Shown: positions 12,646 to 27,700 of the stretch, one piece after another
How the letters are laid out: every line of letters starts with the position of its first letter
Numbering within the stretch: the stretch's first letter is position 1
From: Heptranchias perlo
Lineage: Eukaryota
Direction: 5' to 3'
NCBI RefSeq assembly: GCF_035084215.1
Contig: NC_090348.1
Span: 9,796,001 to 9,860,000 of the forward strand
DNA length: 64,000 nt
Notes under the pieces: model-generated
What the model was told of the DNA's origin: nothing
Databases searched by the model: none
Seen by the model: the letters and a program-made list of their open reading frames with translations, nothing else
Position numbers and translations under genes: made by a program

Positions 12646-12701
12646 TTTCCTGTTGTTGGCTGCCTTCTTTAAGAAGAATGCACAGAGGGAATGGTAACAT
12701 G

Positions 12702-15082
12702 GCGCCGGATTTTTAAACTCCACCCTTCCGACTCCCTCTGTAGCTTCCCTCCTGGGGAGGGAGGGCAGGTTCGTCATGACACTCTGCTTCTCCTTCCTCT
12801 CGTCCACATTACTGGTGAGCAAAATCCTGAGACCCTCGCGCCACTCCTTCTACTGAAAGTGACATGAGCTCAGCTGCTCAGGAAACCATTCTAATCTGCT
12901 TTTCCTCTTCTATATGTGGCCGAGTGAGAAGCAAGGGAAGAAGCAACAGGCCGCTCTGCATCAGCCCTGGCAACGCTTCAGAGCACACACCGTCACTCTT
13001 GCTCTCTCTCTCTCCTTCCCTCCCAAGCACCACTGCAGAGGCGTCAGCTCCAGGGGCATTAGAGAGTGAGGCAGAAGGGAATGCACGAGGTCAAACACAG
13101 AACATAAGAGAGCAGGAGTCACTGGGGGTGGAACATGAGAAAGAAGACAATGCTGACTGGAGGATCAGAGACATTGCCTCTTGATTGGGCAGCCTGGGAC
13201 CTAGATCTCAGAGACTTTTTAAATGGGTGCTTTGCAGAGCAACAAGCATATGCTACAGGAACTGGGACAGTATCCAACACTACTGCAGATGTCAAACCAA
13301 TTGAAGTCCACTGCTCACATCTGCAGTACCCCGAGGATAGCTTCCCAGAACTGCAGTTGACTGGACATATGGCAGCTCCAAGCCAATCTGCAGCAGAGGC
13401 CCCAAAGTCAAAGGTCCTGAGGCAGTATGTGCGTCCTCTACGGAAGCTCAGATTGTTGCCATAGAGGCCTGAGGTGCCCCATTGGACAAAGCTGCTTCTT
13501 CAGGCCTGGGATACCGACAAGAATTTCAGAGGGCTTCATTGACCTCATGGTACCATTAGGTTTGCTTTCCCGCAGATCAGTGGCCATGCAGAGCAGCACG
13601 CGATACAAGTATCGCAATAGGAATACGCTCACATAGTGATACCATCTCTCAGGATAGCAGCACGTATGCACCCTCCTGCCAACCCCCTCAGATGCCTGCA
13701 CATGTGGCAGGAAGGAGGCATGGCCAGGCCATCCATGCAGCAGTACTAGAGGTGCAGCCTGCAGCAGGTCCATCGAAGGACTTAGATGTTGTGAGACAAG
13801 GGCCACCCTAGGCCCAAGAGGCTCATATTGACCACAGTAGTCAGACACCTTGAGGGTGATTTTAAACCCCAAGGTCGGGTGGGTTGAGGGCGGGTGGGAG
13901 TTGAAAATAGTTGTTTTTTGGGTCGCAACCGCAACCCGGCTTTATTTCCGGGTTTAACGTCGGCGCATTGGGAATGCAATGTCGGAAAATTTTGCGGGTG
14001 TGATCCAAAAGAACAACTATTTTCAACTCCCACCCGCCCCCACCCCACCCGTTCTTGGGGTTTAAAATCACCCCCTACGTGTACTCCTGCCACTGGGTTA
14101 GCACCTAAGAGGAGCAATCGATTAGGGTTAGGAGTTCATACTTTGTACACGGGTGAAGCACAGTAGGAAGACACACCAGACACATTGTACACTATGGGTT
14201 TTTATGAAAATTATAGGTGCAGGTGTTCATGCAAACATTCTACTTGGTGAGGTTTGGAAGAGGCTCTCATCAAGTGTTTTGAATGGGAGCTGGTTGAGTT
14301 GATGCTCACGGAGAAGGTTCTGCAGATGATGGCAGATTAATGGTGTGAAGGGGAAGATGTACACCTGACTGTTCATGCAGTGGCCAAAGGTGGTGGCGAA
14401 AAGAAGCTCTCCTGTATCAGCATGGCAAAAATGTGCCTTGCAACCAGGAGAAGGTTGTTCTTCACATCATTATCAGGCTGCTGTTCCTCGGGCAAGGGCA
14501 GGTAGTAGTGCCTCCTTAGGTGTAGGGGTTCTGGAGGATAGATGCCATGTGTCTCTGGTGCAGCCTCACCTGCCTAGGCTCCCTCCATTCCTTCTCCTCT
14601 CTCTTCTTCCAAAAGCAAAGGAAGAGGGGAGTCCCCATTGGAAAGCCCATATTATGCACTGTCTGAAGGGAGGGAGGCAGCCCCATAGCAAATGGCAGAA
14701 GGGCAGATGGTAAAGTCATTGGCAAGAACAAAAAAAGACAAAAGAAAAAAAATCTAAATTACTACAGATATAATGATTGTGCAAAATTTTAAAATAATTG
14801 TGTTTAGCTCTTTAAATTACTTCCACCTTTTCATAGCACCATGATTATAAGCATGATTACTGCCAAGAGTAATTGAAGGAGTAATTACAGGAAATAGGAC
14901 ATATGACATCACCACTGCCTCATTTAAATACACCCACCATTCTAATGTGGGCATATCCACCAGAAAATGGTTGAAAATTGAGCAGATGCTCAAGTGGGCC
15001 CATAGATCCCTACCCTACTTCACATTCTCACCTGATGTAATGTCACCTGAAAATTGGCTGCTTTCACAAGAAAATCTAGGCA
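12702..15082. mobile_element. Possible heavily decayed Harbinger-like transposon
   Basis: GCCGGATTTT at the left and AAAATCTAGGC at the right resemble a TIR pair. GC-richer interior with no convincing transposase motif. Confidence 0.25.
13852..14075. mobile_element. Fold-back MITE (~85-bp inverted arms)
   Basis: GAGGGTGATTTTAAACCCCAAG..GGGCGGGTGGGAGTTGAAAATAGTTGTT is mirrored by AACAACTATTTTCAACTCCCACCCGCCC..CTTGGGGTTTAAAATCACCCCC. Confidence 0.85.
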
Positions 15083-15454
15083 TGGAGTTGAGAAAAAAAC
15101 ACTTCAATATTTACTCCAGACTGACAGCCCCGAGATTGATATCAGACACTTTTGTAAACACTAGCCTTCTGAGTTATCAACCTTAGACAGGAAAAATTCA
15201 ATTATCCTTAAATTAAATATATGGTGAAAGTGATTTAGGGTAAATTGCTTCTTTTACATCCAAACTTCAAAATGGGATATTGGTGCCCATGGGGTGGAAG
15301 GTTTATTTCTCGTTTTGTTTTGCTTGAATTGAAAAATTAGACAATAATGCAATCATCAAAATCAGATATTTATACATAGAAAATCAAATTTCAATCCATA
15401 GTCTCAGTTGGATCATTTATTTCTTTGCAATTTTTAAAAATATATATTTTTAAA

Positions 15455-15790
15455 ATTCATTCTTTGGGATGGCAAGCCTGGTATTTATTGCCCATCTCCT
15501 AGTTACCCTTGAATGGTTTGCTGCAGAGAGGATGGAAGACTCAACCACATTGGTGTGGGAGTGGAGAGTCACATGTAGACAAGACCAGATAAGGACAGCA
15601 GGTTTCCTTCCCTAAAGGATGTTTGTGAACCATTTGGGTTTTTACAACAATCTGACAACTTCATGGTCACTTTTACTGATACCAGCTTTTGATTTCCAGA
15701 TTTTTTAATCTGAATTCAAATTCTCAAACTGCCACGGTGGGATGTGAACTCATGTTCATGCTGGATTAGTAACCCAGGCCTGTGGATTCC
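15455..15790 (-). mobile_element. Body and tail of the tRNA-derived SINE whose head is expanded into the satellite
   Basis: B-box-like GTTCACATCC (rc of 15740-15749). The tail ATTCATTC..GGGAT..ATTTATTGCCCA..CCCTTGA is shared with the 3' end of the LINE at 3580-3660. Confidence 0.8.
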
Positions 15791-18700
15791 CAGTCCAGTA
15801 ACAGAACCACTACACTACACTAGTCCAGTAACAGAAACACGACACCAGTCCAGTAACAGAAACACTGCACTACACTAGTCCAGTAACAGAAACACTACAC
15901 TACACAAGTCCAGTAACAGAAACACTACACTAGTCCAGTAACAGAAACACTACACTACACTAGTCCAGTAACAGAAACACTACACTACACTAATCCAGTA
16001 ACAGAAACACTACACTAGTCCAGTAACAGAAACACGACACTAGTCCAGTAACAGAAACACTGCACTACACTAGTCCAGTAACAGAAACACGACACTACAC
16101 TAGTCCAGTAACAGAAACACGACACTAGTCCAGTAACAGAAACACTGCACTACACTAGTCCAGTAACAGAAACACTACACTACACTAGTCCAGTAACAGA
16201 AACACTACACTACACTAATCCAGTAACAGAAACACTGCACTACACTAGTCCAGTAACAGAAACACTGCACTACACTAGTCCAGTAACAGAAACACTACAC
16301 TACACTAGTCCAGTAACAGAAACACTACACTACACTAGTCCAGTAACAGAAACACTACACTACACTAGTCCAGTAACAGAAACACTACACTACACTAGTC
16401 CAGTAACAGAAACACTGCACTACACTAGTCCAGTAACAGAAACACGACACTAGTCCAGTAACAGAAACACTGCACTACACTAGTCCAGTAACAGAAACAC
16501 GACACTAGTCCAGTAACAGAAACACTGCACTACACTAGTCCAGTAACAGAAACACGACACTAGTCCAGTAACAGAAACACTGCACTACACTAGTCCAGTA
16601 ACAGAAACACTGCGCTACACTAGTCCAGTAACAGAAACACTACACTACACTAGTCCAGTAACAGAAACACGACACTACACTAGTCCAGTAACAGAAACAC
16701 GACACTAGTCCAGTAACAGAAACACTGCACTACACTAGTCCAGTAACAGAAACACGACACTAGTCCAGTAACAGAAACACTGCACTACACTAGTCCAGTA
16801 ACAGAAACACGACACTAGTCCAGTAACAGAAACACTGCACTACACTAGTCCAGTAACAGAAACACTGCGCTACACTAGTCCAGTAACAGAAACACTACAC
16901 TACACTAGTCCAGTAACAGAAACACTGCACTACACTAGTCCAGTAACAGAAACACTGCACTACACTAGTCCAGTAACAGAAACACGACACTAGTCCAGTA
17001 ACAGAAACACTACACTACACTAATCCAGTAACAGAAACACTACACTACACTAGTCCAGTAACAGAAACACTGCGCTACACTAGTCCAGTAACAGAAACAC
17101 TACACTACACTAGTCCAGTAACAGAAACACGACACTAGTCCAGTAACAGAAACACTACACTACACTAATCCAGTAATAGAAACACTGCACTACACTAATC
17201 CAGTAATAGAAACACTGCACTACACTAGTCCAGTAACAGAAACACGACACTAATCCAGTAACAGAAACACTACACTACACTAATCCAGTAATAGAAACAC
17301 TGCACTACACTAGTCCAGTAACAGAAACACTGCACTACACTAGTCCAGTAACAGAAACACGACACTAGTCCAGTAACAGAAACACTGCACTACACTAGTC
17401 CAGTAACAGAAACACTGCGCTACACTAATCCAGTAACAGAAACACTACACTACACTAGTCCAGTAACAGAAACACTGCGCTACACTAGTCCAGTAACAGA
17501 AACACTACACTACACTAGTCCAGTAACAGAAACACGACACTAGTCCAGTAACAGAAACACTGCACTACACTAGTCCAGTAACAGAAACACTGCACTACAC
17601 TAGTCCAGTAACAGAAACACGACACTAGTCCAGTAACAGAAACACTGCACTACACTAGTCCAGTAACAGAAACACTGCGCTACACTAATCCAGTAACAGA
17701 AACACTACACTACACTAGTCCAGTAACAGAAACACTGCGCTACACTAGTCCAGTAATAGAAACACTGCACTACACTAGTCCAGTAACAGAAACACTACAC
17801 TACACTAATCCAGTAACAGAAACACTACACTACACTAGTCCAGTAACAGAAACACTGCACTACACTAATCCAGTAACAGAAACACTACACTACACTAGTC
17901 CAGTAACAGAAACACTGCGCTACACTAGTCCAGTAACAGAAACACTACACTACACTAATCCAGTAACAGAAACACTACACTACACTAGTCCAGTAACAGA
18001 AACACTGCGCTACACTAGTCCAGTAACAGAAACACTACACTACACTAATCCAGTAACAGAAACACTACACTACACTAGTCCAGTAACAGAAACACTGCAC
18101 TACACTAGTCCAGTAACAGAAACACTACACTACACTAATCCAGTAACAGAAACACTACACTACACTAGTCCAGTAACAGAAACACTGCGCTACACTAGTC
18201 CAGTAACAGAAACACTACACTACACTAATCCAGTAACAGAAACACTGCACTACACTAGTCCAGTAACAGAAACACTACACTACACTAATCCAGTAACAGA
18301 AACACTACACGACACTAATCCAGTAACAGAAACACTGCACTACACTAGTCCAGTAACAGAAACACTACACTACACTAGTCCAGTAACAGAACCACTACAC
18401 TAATCCAGTAACAGAAACACTGCACGACACTAGTCCAGTAACAGAAACACTGCGCTACACTAGTCCAGTAACAGAAACACTACACTACACTAATCCAGTA
18501 ACAGAAACACTACACTACACTAATCCAGTAATAGAAACACTGCACTACACTAATCCAGTAACAGAAACACTGCACTACACTAGTCCAGTAACAGAAACAC
18601 TACACTACACTAATCCAGTAACAGAAACACTACACTACACTAATCCAGTAACAGAAACACTACACTACACTAATCCAGTAACAGAAACACTACACTAGTC

Positions 18701-21700
18701 CAGTAACAGAAACACTACACTACACTAGTCCAGTAACAGAACCACTACACTAATCCAGTAACAGAAACACCACACTACACTAATCCAGTAACAGAAACAC
18801 TACACTACACTAGTCCAGTAACAGAACCACTACACTAATCCAGTAACAGAAACACTACACTACACTAATCCAGTAACAGAAACACTACACTACACTAGTC
18901 CAGTAACAGAACCACTACACTAATCCAGTAACAGAAACACTACACTACACTAATCCAGCAACAGAAACACTGCACTACACTAATCCAGTAACAGAAACAC
19001 TGCACTACACGAGTCCAGTAACAGAACCACTACACTAATCCAGTAACAGAAACACTGCACTACACTAGTCCAGTAACAGAAACACTACACTACACTAGTC
19101 CAGTAACAGAACCACTACACTAATCCAGTAACAGAAACACTGCACGACACTAGTCCAGTAACAGAAACACTGCGCTACACTAGTCCAGTAACAGAAACAC
19201 TACACTACACTAATCCAGTAACAGAAACACTACACTACACTAATCCAGTAATAGAAACACTGCACTACACTAATCCAGTAACAGAAACACTGCACTACAC
19301 TAGTCCAGTAACAGAAACACTGCACTAATCCAGTAACAGAAACACTGCACTACACTAATCCAGTAACAGAAACACTGCGCTACACTAGTCCAGTAACAGA
19401 AACACTGCACTACACTAATCCAGTAACAGAAACACTACACTACACTAATCCAGTAACAGAAACACTACACTACACGAGTCCAATAACAGAAACACTGCAC
19501 TACACTAGTCCAGTAACAGAAACACTACACTACACTAATCCAGTAACAGAAACACTGCACTACACTAGACCAGTAACAGAAACACTGCACTACACTAATC
19601 CAGTAACAGAAACACTGCACTACACTAGTCCAGTAACAGAAACACTGCACTACACTAATCCAGTAACAGAAACACTGCACTACACTAGTCCAGTAACAGA
19701 AACACTGCACTACACTAATCCAGTAACAGAAACACTGCACTACACTAGACCAGTAACAGAAACACTGCACTACACTAATCCAGTAACAGAAACACTGCAC
19801 TACACTAGTCCAGTAACAGAAACACTGCACTACACTAATCCAGTAACAGAAACACTGCACTACACTAGTCCAGTAACAGAAACACTGCACTACACTAATC
19901 CAGTAACAGAAACACTACACTACACTAATCCAGTAACAGAAACACTGCACTACACTAGTCCAGTAACAGAAACACTGCACTACACTAATCCAGTAACAGA
20001 AACACTGCACTACACTAATCCAGTAACAGAAACACTGCACTACACTAGACCAGTAACAGAAACACTGCACTACACTAATCCAGTAACAGAAACACTGCAC
20101 TACACTAGTCCAGTAACAGAAACACTGCACTACACTAATCCAGTAACAGAAACACTGCACTACACTAATCCAGTAACAGAAACACTACACTACACTAGTC
20201 CAGTAACAGAAACACTACACTACACTAGTCCAGTAACAGAAACACTGCACTACACTAATCCAGTAACAGAAACACTGCACTACACTAATCCAGTAACAGA
20301 AACACTACACTACACTAGTCCAGTAACAGAAACACTACACTACACTAGTCCAGTAACAGAAACACTACACTACACTAATCCAGTAACAGAAACACTACAC
20401 TACACTAGTCCAGTAACAGAAACACTGCACTACACTAATCCAGTAACAGAAACACTGCACTACACTAGTCCAGTAATAGAAACACTACACTACACTAGTC
20501 CAGTAACAGAAACACTACACTACACTAGTCCAGTAACAGAAACACTGCACTACACTAATCCAGTAACAGAAACACTGCACTACACTAGTCCAGTAATAGA
20601 AACACTACACTACACTAGTCCAGTAACAGAAACACTACACTACACTAGTCCAGTAACAGAAACACTACACTACACTAATCCAGTAACAGAAACACTACAC
20701 TACACTAGTCCAGTAACAGAAACACTGCACTACACTAGTCCAGTAACAGAAACACTACACTACACTAGTCCAGTAACAGAAACACTACACTACACTAGTC
20801 CAGTAACAGAAACACTACACTACACTAATCCAGTAACAGAAACACTACACTACACTAGTCCAGTAACAGAAACACTGCACTACACTAATCCAGTAACAGA
20901 AACACTGCACTACACTAATCCAGTAACAGAAACACTACACTACACTAATCCAGTAACAGAAACACTACACTACACTAGTCCAGTAACAGAAACACTGCAC
21001 TACACTAGTCCAGTAACAGAAACACTACACTACACTAATCCAGTAATAGAAACACTGCACTACACTAATCCAGTAACAGAAACACTGCACTACACTAATC
21101 CAGTAACAGAAACACTGCACTACACTAGTCCAGTAACAGAAACACTGCACTACACTAATCCAGTAACAGAAACACTGCACTACACTAATCCAGTAACAGA
21201 AACACTGCACGACACTAGTCCAGTAACAGAAACACTACACTACACTAATCCAGTAACAGAAACACTACACTACACTAGTCCAGTAACAGAAACACTGCAC
21301 TACACTAATCCAGTAACAGAAACACTACACTACACTAATCCAGTAACAGAAACACTACACTACACTAGTCCAGTAACAGAAACACTGCACTACACTAATC
21401 CAGTAACAGAAACACTGCACTACACTAGTCCAGTAACAGAAACACTACACTACACTAATCCAGTAATAGAAACACTACACTACACTAATCCAGTAACAGA
21501 AACACTGCACTACACTAATCCAGTAACAGAAACACTGCACTACACTAGTCCAGTAACAGAAACACTGCACTACACTAATCCAGTAACAGAAACACTGCAC
21601 TACACTAATCCAGTAACAGAAACACTGCACGACACTAGTCCAGTAACAGAAACACTACACTACACTAATCCAGTAACAGAAACACTACACTACACTAGTC

Positions 21701-24700
21701 CAGTAACAGAAACACTACACTACACTAATCCAGTAACAGAAACACTACACTACACTAGTCCAGTAACAGAAACACTGCACTACACTAGTCCAGTAACAGA
21801 AACACTACACTACACTAATCCAGTAATAGAAACACTACACTACACTAGTCCAGTAACAGAAACACTACACTACACTAATCCAGTAATAGAAACACTGCAC
21901 TACACTAATCCAGTAATCGAAACACTACACTACACTAGTCCAGTAACAGAAACACTACACTACACTAATCCAGTAATAGAAACACTGCACTACACTAATC
22001 CAGTAACAGAAACACTGCACTACACTAATCCAGTAACAGAAACACTACACTACACTAATCCAGTAATAGAAACACTACACTACACTAATCCAGTAACAGA
22101 AACACTACACTACACTAATCCAGCAATAGAAACACTACACTACACTAATCCAGTAATAGAAACACTACACTACAGTAGTCCAGTAACAGAACCACTGCAC
22201 TACACTAGTCCAGTTACAGAAACACTGCACTACACTAGTCCAGTAACAGAAACACTACACTACACTAGTCCAGTAACAGAAACACTACACTACACTAATC
22301 CAGTAACAGAAACACTACACTACACTAATCCAGTAACAGAAACACTGCACTACACTAATCCAGTAATAGAAACACTACACTACACGAGTCCAGTAACAGA
22401 AACACTGCACTACACTAATCCAGTAATAGAAACACTGCACTACACTAGTCCAGTAACAGAAACACTACACTACACTAGTCCAGTAACAGAAACACTGCAC
22501 TACACTAGACCAGTAACAGAACCACTACACTACACTAATCCAGTAATAGAAACACTGCACTACACTAGTCCAGTAACAGAAACACTGCACTACACTAGTC
22601 CAGTAACAGAAACACTACACTACACTAATCCAGTAATAGAAACACTGCACTACACTAGTCCAGTAACAGAAACACTACACTACACTAGTCCAGTAATAGA
22701 AACACTGCACTACACTAATCCAGTAACAGAAACACTACACTACACTAGTCCAGTAATAGAACCACTATGCTACACTAGTCCAGTAACAGAAACACTACAC
22801 TACACTAATCCAGTAACAGAAACACTGCACTACACTAATCCAGTAATAGAAACACTACACTACACTAGTCCAGTAACAGAACCACTACACTACACTAATC
22901 CAGTAACAGAAACACTACACTACACTAGTCCAGTAACAGAAACACTACACTACACTAATCCAGTAACAGAACCACTACACTACACTAGTCCAGTAACAGA
23001 ACCACTACACTACACTAATCCAGTAACAGAAACACTACACTACACTAATCCAGTAACAGAACCACTACACTACACTAGTCCAGTAACAGAACCACTACAC
23101 TACACTAATCCAGTAATAGAAACACTGCACTACACTAGTCCAGTAACAGAAACACTGCACTACACTAATCCAGTAACAGAACCGCTACACTACACTAGTC
23201 CAGTAATAGAAACACTGCACTACACTAATCCAGTAACAGAACCGCTACACTACACTAGTCCAGTAACAGAACCACTACACTACACTAGTCCAGTAACAGA
23301 ACCACTACACTAGTCCAGTAATAGAAACACTGCACTACACTAATCCAGTAACAGAACCACTACACGACACTAGTCCAGTAACAGAACCACTACACTACAC
23401 TAATCCAGTAATAGAAACACTGCACTACACTAGTCCAGTAACAGAAACACTGCACTACACTAATCCAGTAACAGAAACACTACACTACACTAATCCAGTA
23501 ATAGAAACACTGCACTACACTAATCCAGTAACAGAAACACTACACTACACTAGTCCAGTAACAGAAACACTGCACTACACTAATCCAGTAACAGAAACAC
23601 TGCACTACACTAATCCAGTAAAAGAAACACGACACTACACTAGTCCAGTAACAGAAACACTGAACTACACTAGTCCAGTAACAGAAACACTGCACTACAC
23701 TAATCCAGTAATAGAAACACTGCACTACACTAGTCCAGTAACAGAAACACTGAACTACACTAGTCCAGTAACAGAAACACTGCACTACACTAGTCCAGTA
23801 ACAGAAACACTGAACTACACTAGTCCAGTAACAGAAACACTACACTACACTAGTCCAGTAACAGAAACACTACACTACACTAGTCCAGTAATAGAAACAC
23901 TACACTACACTAGTCCAGTAATAGAAACACTACACTACACTAGTCCAGTAACAGAAACACTACACTACACTAATCCAGTAACAGAAACACTACACTACAC
24001 TAGTCCAGTAACAGAAACACTACACTACACTAATGCAGTTACAGAAACACTGCACTACACTAATCCAGTAATAGAAACACTACACTACACTAGTCCAGTA
24101 ACAGAAACACTGCACTACACTAATCCAGTAACAGAAACACTACACTACACTAATCCAGTAACAGAAACACTGCACTACACTAATCCAGTAACAGAAACAC
24201 TACACTACACTTATCCAGTAACAGAAACACTGCACTACACTAATCCAGTAACAGAAACACTGCACTACACTAATCCAGTAACAGAAACACTACACTACAC
24301 TAATCCAGTAACAGAAACACTACACTACACTAGTCCAGTAACAGAAGCACTACACTACACTAATCCAGTAATAGAAACACTACACTACACTAATCCAGTA
24401 ACAGAAACACTGCACTACACTAATCCAGTAACAGAAACACTACACTACACTAATCCAGGAACAGAAACACTACACTACACTAGTCCAGTAATAGAAACAC
24501 TGCACTACACTAATCCAGTAACAGAAACACTGCACTACACTAATCCAGTAACAGAAACACTACACTACACTAGTCCAGTAATAGAAACACTGCACTACAC
24601 TAATCCAGTAACAGAAACACTACACTACACTAATCCAGTAACAGAAACACTACACTACACTAATCCAGTAACAGAAACACTGCACTACACTAATCCAGTA

Positions 24701-27700
24701 ACAGAAACACTACACTACACTAGTCCAGTAACAGAAACACTGCACTACACTAATCCAGTAACAGAAACACTACACTACACTAATCCAGTAACAGAAACAC
24801 TGCACTACACTAATCCAGTAACAGAAACACTACACTACACTAATCCAGTAACAGAAACACTGCACAACACTAATCCAGTAACAGAAACACTGCACTACAC
24901 TAGTCCAGTAACAGAAACACTGCACAACACTAGTCCAGTAACAGAAACACTGCACTACACTAGTCCAGTAACAGAAACACTACACTACACTAGTCCAGTA
25001 ACAGAAACACTGCACTACACTAATCCAGTAATAGAAACACTGCACTACACTAGTCCAGTAACAGAAACACTGCACTACACTAGTCCAGTAACAGAAACAC
25101 TGCGCTACACTAATCCAGTAACAGAAACACTGCACAACACTAGACCAGTAACAGAAACACTACACTACACTAGTCCAGTAACAGAAACACTGCACTACAC
25201 TAATCCAGTAACAGAAACACTGCACTACACTAATCCAGTAATAGAAACACTGCACTACACTAATCCAGTAATAGAAACACTGCACTACACTAATCCAGTA
25301 ACAGAAACACTGCACTACACTAATCCAGTAACAGAAACACTGCACTACACTAGTCCAGTAACAGAAACACTGCACAACACTAGTCCAGTAACAGAAACAC
25401 TGCGCTACACTAATCCAGTAACAGAAACACTGCACTACACTAATCCAGTAACAGAAACACTGCACAACACTAGTCCAGTAACAGAAACACTACACTACAC
25501 TAGTCCAGTAACAGAAACACTGCACTACACTAATCCAGTAACAGAAACACTACACTACACTAATCCAGTAACAGAAACACTACACTACACTAATCCAGTA
25601 ACAGAAACACTACACTACACTAATCCAGTAACAGAAACACTACACTACACTAATCCAGTAACAGAAACACTGCACTACACTAATCCAGTAACAGAAACAC
25701 TGCACAACACTAGTCCAGTAACAGAAACACTACACTACACTAGTCCAGTAACAGAAACACTGCACTACACTAGTCCAGTAACAGAAACACTGCACTACAC
25801 TAGTCCAGTAACAGAAACACTGCACTACACTAGTCCAGTAACAGAAACACTACACTACACTAGTCCAGTAACAGAACCACTATGCTACACTAGTCCAGTA
25901 ACAGAACCACTATGCTACACTAGTCCAGTAACAGAACCACTATGCTACACTAGACCAGTAACAGAACCACTACACTACACTAGTCCAGTAACAGAACCAC
26001 TACACTACACTAGTCCAGTAACAGAACCACTACACTACACTAATCCAGTAACAGAAACACTGCACTACACTAATCCAGTAACAGAACCGCTACACTACAC
26101 TAGTCCAGTAACAGAAACACTACACTACACTAGTCCAGTAACAGAAACACTGCACTACACTAATCCAGTAACAGAACCACTACACGACACTAGTCCAGTA
26201 ACAGAACCACTACACTACACTAATCCAGTAATAGAAACACTGCACTACACTAGTCCAGTAACAGAAACACTGCACTACACTAATCCAGTAACAGAAACAC
26301 TACACTACACTAATCCAGTAATAGAAACACTGCACTACACTAATCCAGTAACAGAAACACTACACTACACTAGTCCAGTAACAGAAACACTGCACTACAC
26401 TAATCCAGTAACAGAAACACTGCACTACACTAATCCAGTAAAAGAAACACGACACTACACTAGTCCAGTAACAGAAACACTGAACTACACTAGTCCAGTA
26501 ACAGAAACACTGCACTACACTAATCCAGTAATAGAAACACTGCACTACACTAGTCCAGTAACAGAAACACTGAACTACACTAGTCCAGTAACAGAAACAC
26601 TGAACTACACTAGTCCAGTAACAGAAACACTACACTACACTAATCCAGTAACAGAAACACTACACTACACTAGTCCAGTAACAGAAACACTACACTACAC
26701 TAGTCCAGTAATAGAAACACTACACTACACTAGTCCAGTAATAGAAACACTACACTACACTAGTCCAGTAACAGAAACACTACACTACACTAATCCAGTA
26801 ACAGAAACACTACACTACACTAGTCCAGTAACAGAAACACTACACTACACTAATGCAGTTACAGAAACACTGCACTACACTAATCCAGTAATAGAAACAC
26901 TACACTACACTAGTCCAGTAACAGAAACACTGCACTACACTAATCCAGTAACAGAAACACTACACTACACTAATCCAGTAACAGAAACACTGCACTACAC
27001 TAATCCAGTAACAGAAACACTACACTACACTTATCCAGTAACAGAAACACTGCACTACACTAATCCAGTAACAGAAACACTGCACTACACTAATCCAGTA
27101 ACAGAAACACTACACTACACTAATCCAGTAACAGAAACACTACACTACACTAGTCCAGTAACAGAAGCACTACACTACACTAATCCAGTAATAGAAACAC
27201 TACACTACACTAATCCAGTAACAGAAACACTGCACTACACTAATCCAGTAACAGAAACACTACACTACACTAATCCAGGAACAGAAACACTACACTACAC
27301 TAGTCCAGTAATAGAAACACTGCACTACACTAATCCAGTAACAGAAACACTGCACTACACTAATCCAGTAACAGAAACACTACACTACACTAGTCCAGTA
27401 ATAGAAACACTGCACTACACTAATCCAGTAACAGAAACACTACACTACACTAATCCAGTAACAGAAACACTACACTACACTAATCCAGTAACAGAAACAC
27501 TACACTACACTAATCCAGTAACAGAAACACTGCACTACACTAATCCAGTAACAGAAACACTACACTACACTAGTCCAGTAACAGAAACACTGCACTACAC
27601 TAATCCAGTAACAGAAACACTACACTACACTAATCCAGTAACAGAAACACTGCACTACACTAATCCAGTAACAGAAACACTACACTACACTAATCCAGTA

